Below are positions 55,300 through 64,000 of a stretch of DNA of 64,000 nt, one piece after another. Below the pieces are notes generated by a model. It saw nothing but the letters and a program-made list of their open reading frames with translations, did not search any database and was not told the DNA's origin. The stretch is from Octopus vulgaris (taxonomy: Eukaryota), in the NCBI GenBank assembly GCA_951406725.2, contig OX597817.1:78306001-78370000 (forward strand), given 5' to 3'. Position numbers and translations under genes: made by a program. Every line of letters begins with the position of its first letter. The stretch's first letter is position 1.

Positions 55300-55655
55300 A
55301 CTCGACTCCGTCGGTCACGAATAACATGGGTGTACCTAAGAGGTTTCCCCCCGGAGTACAAGTCTGGGCGAAAAATTGCTTCACCGATGAATGCACAACC
55401 TAGGGTTGTTTTTATGGAAGACCAGCAGTCGCTCATGCATACCAGTCTACCCTCTTCATGCCACCGATGTTATGCAAGGGAAAGGCAAAGGGACCGTTAC
55501 AGCTTGGCAACAGTGATGTCGCAATTCATTTCTACAGCTGAGTGAACTGGAGCAATGTGAAATAAAGTGTCTTGCTCAAGAACACAACACGTAGCCTGGT
55601 CTGGGAATCAACCTTATAATGGTAAACCCGATGCTATAACCACTGAGCCATGCAC
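55300..55655 (-). mobile_element. SINE family D
   Basis: Reverse-complement match to 14883-15220. Confidence 0.8.
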
Positions 55656-56304
55656 CATCACATACATATACATACATAAAGATAAATATATATATATATA
55701 TGTGTGTGTGTATATAAATATATGGATGTCTGTATGTATATATGTATGAATATGTGTGTGTGTGTTTGTGTGTGTATTTGATGCAGAAACACAGGTCACT
55801 GGTTCCCTGTCAAACCAACTACCCATGCTAGCATGGAAAGCGGGCATCGAATGATAATGATGATGATGACAATGATACTGATGATTATGATGACGATGAT
55901 GCTGATGTCGATATAGATATGTGTTACGAAACAATTTGTTGTGAAATTAGAATTTTCTTACAGTGAAATAAAATTTCATTGAACTATTTCTCTGTCTTTG
56001 GATTTGATTTGCAAGGTTCTTTATGTGAGGTATCCCGCTATGGAATTTGAAACTCACACACACATATACACATTAACACACATGCACACACACACACATT
56101 CACACACATAAATCTTCATCATCATCATCATCACCACCACCACCACCACCGCCACCGCCACCACCACCACCACCACCATCATCATCATCATTGACATCTT
56201 AACTTTCACATGCTTGCCTGAGTTAGATTAGACTCATATATATATATATCCAATTTAGAAGACAAAGAATTACTTGAGCACATTTTTATTATTAGTTGCA
56301 GTTG

Positions 56305-56728
56305 TTTCTTATTTCTTTATTGCCCACAAGGGGTTAAACATAGAGGGCACAAACAAGGGCAGACAAAGGGATTAATTCGATTACATCAACCCTCCAGTGT
56401 GTAACTGGTACTTAATTTATTGACCCCGAAAGGATGAAAGGCAAAGTCAACGTTGGCGGAATTTGAACACAGAACGTAGTGGCAGACGAAATAGCTATTT
56501 CTTTACTACCCACAAGGGGCTAAACACAGAGAAGACAAACAAGGTCAGACAAATGGATTAAGTCGATTGTATCAACCTCAGTGTGTAACTGGTACTTATT
56601 TAATCGACCCCGAAAGAATGAAAGGCAAAGTCGACCTTGGCGGAATTTGAACTCAGAATGTAACGGCAGATGAAATACCGCTAAGTGTTTCTCCTGGTGT
56701 GCTAACGTTTCTGCCAGCTCACCGTCTT
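56305..56728 (-). mobile_element. Tandem pair of SINE family B copies
   Basis: Two successive tttcttta...cccacaagggg...gaatttgaa units (56305-56492 and 56497-56728). Confidence 0.85.
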
Positions 56729-57907
56729 AAAGAAAATAAAGTATATCATTTATCTTTTACTTGTTTCAGCTATTAAACTACAACCATGCTGGGGTACCAC
56801 CTTGAGAAGTTGATATATAGACTGCATTATTGCTATAACACTGTCATTTCTTTCACTTTGAAAATCCTGACTAGGACAGGTGAGAATAGGGAATAAGAAA
56901 GCACAACAAAATGCAAGGGTATAACAATTTATTGCAAATATAGCTTCATTTCTGAACAAGTCTGGATTTTAATATGACAAATAAATGAGCAAATGAATAA
57001 GATAACTAAAAAAAAAACCTGAAAATATTTAACAAAATTATACTCCAAAATATTTCTCTTTTTTGTTTTTCCTTTCTGTCAGATACATTAGGATTGAATT
57101 CTTTGAAAATCTACTCCCGTTTTTTTTTTTTTTATTTTATTTTTGTTTGCATATAAATTTTCAACCATAAATCTTTAGACACAAGGTTGCTCTTTAACAC
57201 AAGCAAAGTTTCATTTTACCGTTTTGTCATCATTGTAATATATATTACAGCAATTATTGCTATTGCACGCATTGAATAAATGAATAATCATTTCCCGAAC
57301 ATTGAAACCCTGCAACTGTTTGACGCCAGTGTTTTGCTGCTACTCATGTGTTGATTCATCTGTCGACAAGATGCTTGTTATTATCTGAAACCAATATCTT
57401 GCTTTCTTCTTCCACCTCAGAACAGAAAAGTTCTTTTGAAAACTACACACATCAGCTCCCACACCACACATAAAAACACACACAAAAACATTAATTTTCT
57501 GTTACGTTTGCTATTTTTTTTACCTACACACCACCCAGGTAAGATTTGCCATTGACCACACCTTCACCCATGTTCTATTTGTTTCAGTCATTAGACTGTT
57601 GTCATGCTGGAGCACTGCCTTGAAGGATTTTAATTGTGTGATTAGACCATAGTATTTTTTAAGCCTGGTATTCATTCCATCAGTTACTTTTGCCAAACTG
57701 CTGAGTTACAGGGATATAAACACTACAACACCGGCTGTCAAGTAATGGTGGGGGCAAGCACGGACACAAAAACACCCACCAACACCAGACACACAGACAA
57801 ATACATGCACACATATATGATGGCTTTCTGTCACATTAAGCCCCCACTGTCCATATCTGATAGTGGGCTGTGATGTAATAAAATGAGCACATCCTTTTAC
57901 TATTATT

Positions 57908-58130
57908 CTTTTACTTGCTTCAGTCATTTTACTGTGACCATGCTGGGGCACCGCCTTTAGTCAAGCAAATCGACCCCAGAACTTATTCTTTGTAAGCCTA
58001 GTACTTATTCTATCGGTCTCTATTGCCAAAGCGCTAAGTTACGGGGACGTGAACACACCAGCAGCGGTTGTCAAGTGATGTTGGGGGGACAAACACAGAC
58101 ACCCAAACACATACACACATACACATACAT

Positions 58131-58175
<45 letters not shown>

Positions 58176-58331
58176 TACGACAGACTTCTTTTAGTTTCCG
58201 TTTACCAAATCCATTCACAAGGCTTTGGTCGTCCTGAGGCTATAGTAGAAGACACTTGCTCAAGGAGCCATGCAGTGGGACTGAATCCGGAACCATGTGA
58301 TTGGTAAGCAAGCTACTTACCACACAGCCAC
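57908..58331 (-). mobile_element. SINE family A
   Basis: Matches 29990-30380; a further partial copy lies at 57578-57830. Confidence 0.85.
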
Positions 58332-58592
58332 GAAAAAAGAGAGGCATAACTTGGTAATCCTTTATTCCTGTTGTTACATATGTTTCAGTATTTGGCATCA
58401 ACACATAACATAACATGACAAATGCAACCAGTAGGTATAGCTTATAGAGCAAGTATGGCATAAACACATTGTCAGACAATCGATAAAGAAATAAAGCAGC
58501 TCATGGAATAAAGGATTACTAAGTTATGCCCGTGGTCTTTTTTCTCATATATACATATACATATATATATATATACATATACATATATATAT

Positions 58593-58624
<32 letters not shown>

Positions 58625-58947
58625 CATTATTAGAAAAATATAAATCTGAAGAAAGAGATATATATTAAAGAGATCTTAGGCCATCAGATATTGGGGTCTG
58701 ATGGCATAAATTTGAACACTTTATGGACAGGAAACTCAGGGTAACCACTTAAACTGGCCTTCACTAGATAAAATATATATACATACACACACACACACAG
58801 ATATATATACATATATATATATATGATTATATATGTAAAATATATATAATTATATATGTAAAATATTTAAGGTAGCAAATTTTTTTGAAATTTCACTACC
58901 AGTGGCCTACCATGTATAAAAAGTCAATAGACAACACATTTTCAATA

Positions 58948-59181
58948 TAAAATAGTGTACGTTTAAACACAAAAGAAACTATCTTTAACAGGTAGTTTTA
59001 CACAAAGCAGTCAAAACGACCAAATCCACATTTAAGAGCAATTTCGAAGGTAAAAGTTTTATTTTTCATTTCCTTCAAAATTGCTCTTAAATGTGCTTTT
59101 GGTCATTTTGACTACTTCTTCTAGTGTGTAAAACAACCTGTTAAAGGTAGCTTCTCTTATGTTTAGATGTACCCTATTTTA
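58948..59181. repeat. Long imperfect palindrome (~100 bp arms, 21 nt loop)
   Basis: 58948-59050 pairs with 59072-59181, e.g. cacatttaagagcaatttcgaagg / ccttcaaaattgctcttaaatgtg. Confidence 0.85.
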
Positions 59182-59190
59182 CATATATAT

Positions 59191-59445
59191 ATATTGTTGT
59201 GTCTGGGGGGAGTCATAGAGCCTTAATATAACACACTCACTAGTTCAGTTTCCACTCATTTTATTTATTTATTTCAAAAAGCTCATTTGTCACTTCATTT
59301 ATGACCATATCAAAATCCATTGATATGGTTGCAAATGTGGCAATGAAAAAGCTTTTTGGAATAACTGAATAAATAAATGGGTGGAAATTGAACTGGTAAG
59401 TCTCCTATATTATGGCACCATGACTCTCCCCAAACAACAAAATAT
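59191..59445. mobile_element. Palindromic MITE-like element
   Basis: Ends ttgttgtgtctggggggagtcat / atgactctccccaaacaacaa, centred near 59315; a related half copy lies at 27643-27780. Confidence 0.65.
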
Positions 59446-59498
59446 ATTTCAACCCACCAATTCTCATAAGGAATCTTTCAAACTAGATACAAAAATGA

Positions 59499-60034
<536 letters not shown>

Positions 60035-60515
60035 AAAAAAAAGTGCTGTCTGACTGGCTCTGATGCCTGGCACATAAAAGCACTGCTGGAGCATTGAGCC
60101 TCATGGAGGCAGTCACAGGTGACTGAGACCTTTGGCAATGTGCTATGCTTGAGAAGACCTGTCAAGTCAAGTGAGACCATAGTTGTGGCCAATGCTAGTG
60201 TCAGGTCAATAGTACCCATGCTGATGGCATGTAAAAAGCACCCACTACACTCTTGGAGTGGTTGGCATTAGGAGAAAATATTTGTGAAGATATCATTGAC
60301 TCTATTATTATCTAGTATAACAATTTAAAAATGATGATAACAGAATCAATACAGGCAATTGTAGGTCCCAAAAATGCATTAAATAGCTGAACGATTAAAA
60401 TTAATACTAAGTATGTCTACCTGGAAATAACAGTCAAATAAAAGTTTTGACAGTTATTTCCAGCAGCTAGACCTACATAGTATGTCCTTTGATTAATTTT
60501 AATATATATACATAC

Positions 60516-60572
<57 letters not shown>

Positions 60573-61414
60573 CACACTCACACAATCATATATACATACA
60601 TACTTATATATATATATATATATATGTATGTATATATGTATACATGTATGCATTTCTGTAACAAATCAATGATTTTATATGCCATATACTGCTCTTACAG
60701 ATTACTCTTTAGGCTTTAGCTCAGATTAGCACCTATCATTGTATTTATAACGTATCACATGAACTGGATATTCAAGAGTTAAGGAATTTTATTGGTATCT
60801 ATTACAATGTACCTATTAAATGAATCAGATCCACAAGAGTTAAGTAAATTGACCTGGAATTAAAAATAAATATGTCAATATTGCAGTGCAGAAATCTGTC
60901 TGTCTTCTCTGTCAACATGTTTTTTGTTTACAAAATTTTACCTCAGATTTCATAAAATTTTATTTTATTTATACTTCTATTTCCTTAATTTTTTTTATCT
61001 AAAGAAAAACAAAATATTATTAGCATTCTTAATATGAATTTTTTTTTAATGTATGTATGTACTTTCTTTTTTTTTTCTAATTTCAGTGAAAAAAAAAATT
61101 AAATTCTGATATGTTATAAACTCTTCATCTGAGAAAACTGTTGAGTATTTGTTGATAGTGCCTTGATATATATGTGTATGTAAATATATATATTTGCATA
61201 TGTTATGGGCATGTGTATACAAATCTATGCTTGAATGTATGTCCCTGTAATAGTATGTGCATGTATATGTGTGTGGATATATGTACATAAGTGTTTGTAT
61301 AATGTACATGTTTATGTATGTATATATGTATGAATGGGTGTATATATTTGTGTATGTATGAATGCATGAATGCTTATATGCATGAATGTGTACCTATATG
61401 TATATATATGTATT

Positions 61415-61480
<66 letters not shown>

Positions 61481-62507
61481 ATTGTATATATGGATGGCTA
61501 GGTGTGGCATTGTGTAACAGCTGATGTTGGTTTTTACTACTCCTAACATAAATTTATGCTTGTGTGCGAGCGCGCGCGCGTGTGTGTGTGTGTGTGCGTG
61601 TGTGTGTGCGTGCACGTGCACATTAAAGACACTGAGTATATCTCAGTATCTGATTATGAGTACATGCTATTGTGTGTGTGTCCTCATAGGCATGTTTCAT
61701 GTGACTGTATATGCTTGCATGTTATGAGATGTAAGCATATGTGCACATTTGTATCTGCATGTGTATGCATCTAGAATAGTTTGAATAAGTGTGTGTGTGT
61801 GTGTCTGTGTGTGTGTATGTACATGTTGAAGTGTGTGTGCACTTAAAAGAGGAAGTATATGTGCTTATAAATGTGTTCATATATTTGCGCAGGTATAAAT
61901 ATGCATGTTCGTGTTATGAAAGTTCGAGGGAATTTACACGAATGCTTATTTTTGTGTATAATTATGAGCACATGCCTATGTGTAAGTTCGTGAATATAAG
62001 GGCCTGTATAAATGTGTATGTATATACAGATGTTTCTGCCTGTGTGCAAGTATTCATATATGTGTGTACACACTCACGCAGGCATTTGGATATTTGTGCA
62101 TATGTGTGAGTAAGTGTGTGTGTATATATGTGTGCATATATACATGTATGAATACATATATATGTGTGTATGAATGAAAGTATATGTATGAACATATATT
62201 TTTGTGTGCATGGTTATCAGTGCCTGTGTATGTCAATGTATGTTTGTGAATGCACTTGCATATCTGAGTGTGTATGTATGCCACCTGTCTGTATATGTAC
62301 GTCTGAAAGCACATTTGAACAAGAGCAAGTAATTATATTTTTAAGGGTGTGCGAAGGTGTGAAGTATGAGAATAAAAATTTGAGAAAAAAATAAATGAAC
62401 AAAAATGAAAAAACAAACGACAAAAATCTAGTGCTATTAACCACTGAAAAGATGGTGCAACCAAAAACACAATATTTAGAGAAATTGGGAGGGAAGCAGA
62501 GAGAGAG

Positions 62508-62541
<34 letters not shown>

Positions 62542-63178
62542 AGAGACAGAGAAGGAGAGAGAGAGAAAAGTCGCTAAGAGCTGGTTGTTGTTTATCATAA
62601 ACTGATCATTGCCCCAAGTCATAGCTCGAAAATTCTTCAAGCTGATTAAACCTTCCCAGATTATTTATTTATTTTTTTCACCAATTCTCTTTGAAGTTAT
62701 AAAATATTTTCTAAAGTCCCTGTATCCAATATGGTGTTTTAGTTTCATAGGTACCCCTACGGTTTATAGGAGACAGTTCTCCCTGTTTATAAAAGTTCAA
62801 TCTTATTCCAGCTAAATAATGTAGTCGAAACTTTCTAATGCCTGCTGCCGTTTCTCTTTCCCGTCATTGATATATGCATTTCTTAACCCTTGTTCCTTTT
62901 TCACCAGAAACCAAAAGTGACAAGTTCTTAAATTCTCAGTAAATATGTTAGATTCTTTTTTACTTTTTTATAAATTTATTCACTTCATCTTATGTAAATT
63001 ATTACCTATTTCATTTAAAAAATTTGAATATCTTTGTCAGTTGATTCACACCTCAAATAAATTCTCTAATCCCAAACTGGAGGATTACACCAACTAATAC
63101 GGATAGAATACCAGGAATCAGTCTTTACACATAAATAATTGCAATATTACTTAATGATTTGATGTCTAAATATAAATT

Positions 63179-63487
<309 letters not shown>

Positions 63488-64000
63488 GTGTATATGGAAA
63501 TACATACATATATCATATGTATCTAAATATATACAAATATGTGGAGAAAAGAGGTATATTTTCATGCAGGTACGGATATAGGTGAGTTGGTTTAGGAGTT
63601 GAAAATGTACCCAGCAAAATTTAATGAATGTTTGAATTTGTATTAACATTTAATTTTTTAAACAAGTTTTAACAAATTTTCTCCTATACCATCAATTTCA
63701 GTTAACATTTTTTTAAAAAACATTCCAAAGAATTGTTGAAACCGGTGTAGTACTTTTATAAATTTGACAGAAAAATTTTTAAAGACTTCAGTTTTTATGA
63801 CTCATGTGCATTTTCAATTTCCAAATCAACTCTCCTGTATATACATATGTGGGTGTGTGGGTGTGTGTGTGTGTGTGTGAGTGTGAGTGTGTGCACACAC
63901 ACACACACGTACATGCATATGTATTTTATTTGCTTGTGTTTGCTACATAAATGCAGTGAGGGAGAGGGAGAGAGAGAAAGGGTGGGAGCAATAGAGAGGG

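Overview
Eukaryotic, AT-rich and extremely microsatellite-dense non-coding DNA. The repeat content (tRNA-derived SINEs with internal (TA)n/(TG)n tracts, RTE, R4/Dong and Penelope-like remnants) looks like a coleoid cephalopod (Octopus-type) intronic or intergenic region; that assignment is an inference. No intact host protein-coding gene is recognisable. Nearly all ORFs in the track are microsatellite translations; the rest are decayed transposable-element fragments: R4/Dong-like restriction-like-endonuclease LINEs in (TAA)n tracts, RTE/RTE-X and CR1-like LINE ends, two DD36E Tc1 copies, a maT/DD37D-like transposon, a mariner 5' end, a piggyBac-type MITE and four SINE families. Most notable: (1) minimal type I hammerhead-ribozyme motifs of the Penelope type in three distinct sequence families, one copy with an intact core (54126-54160, minus strand); (2) two Tc1 3' halves truncated at the same point and facing outward, forming a composite-transposon-like 7.9 kb unit; (3) retroelement families partitioned by microsatellite type; (4) several long fold-back palindromes; (5) a few weak plus-strand exon candidates.
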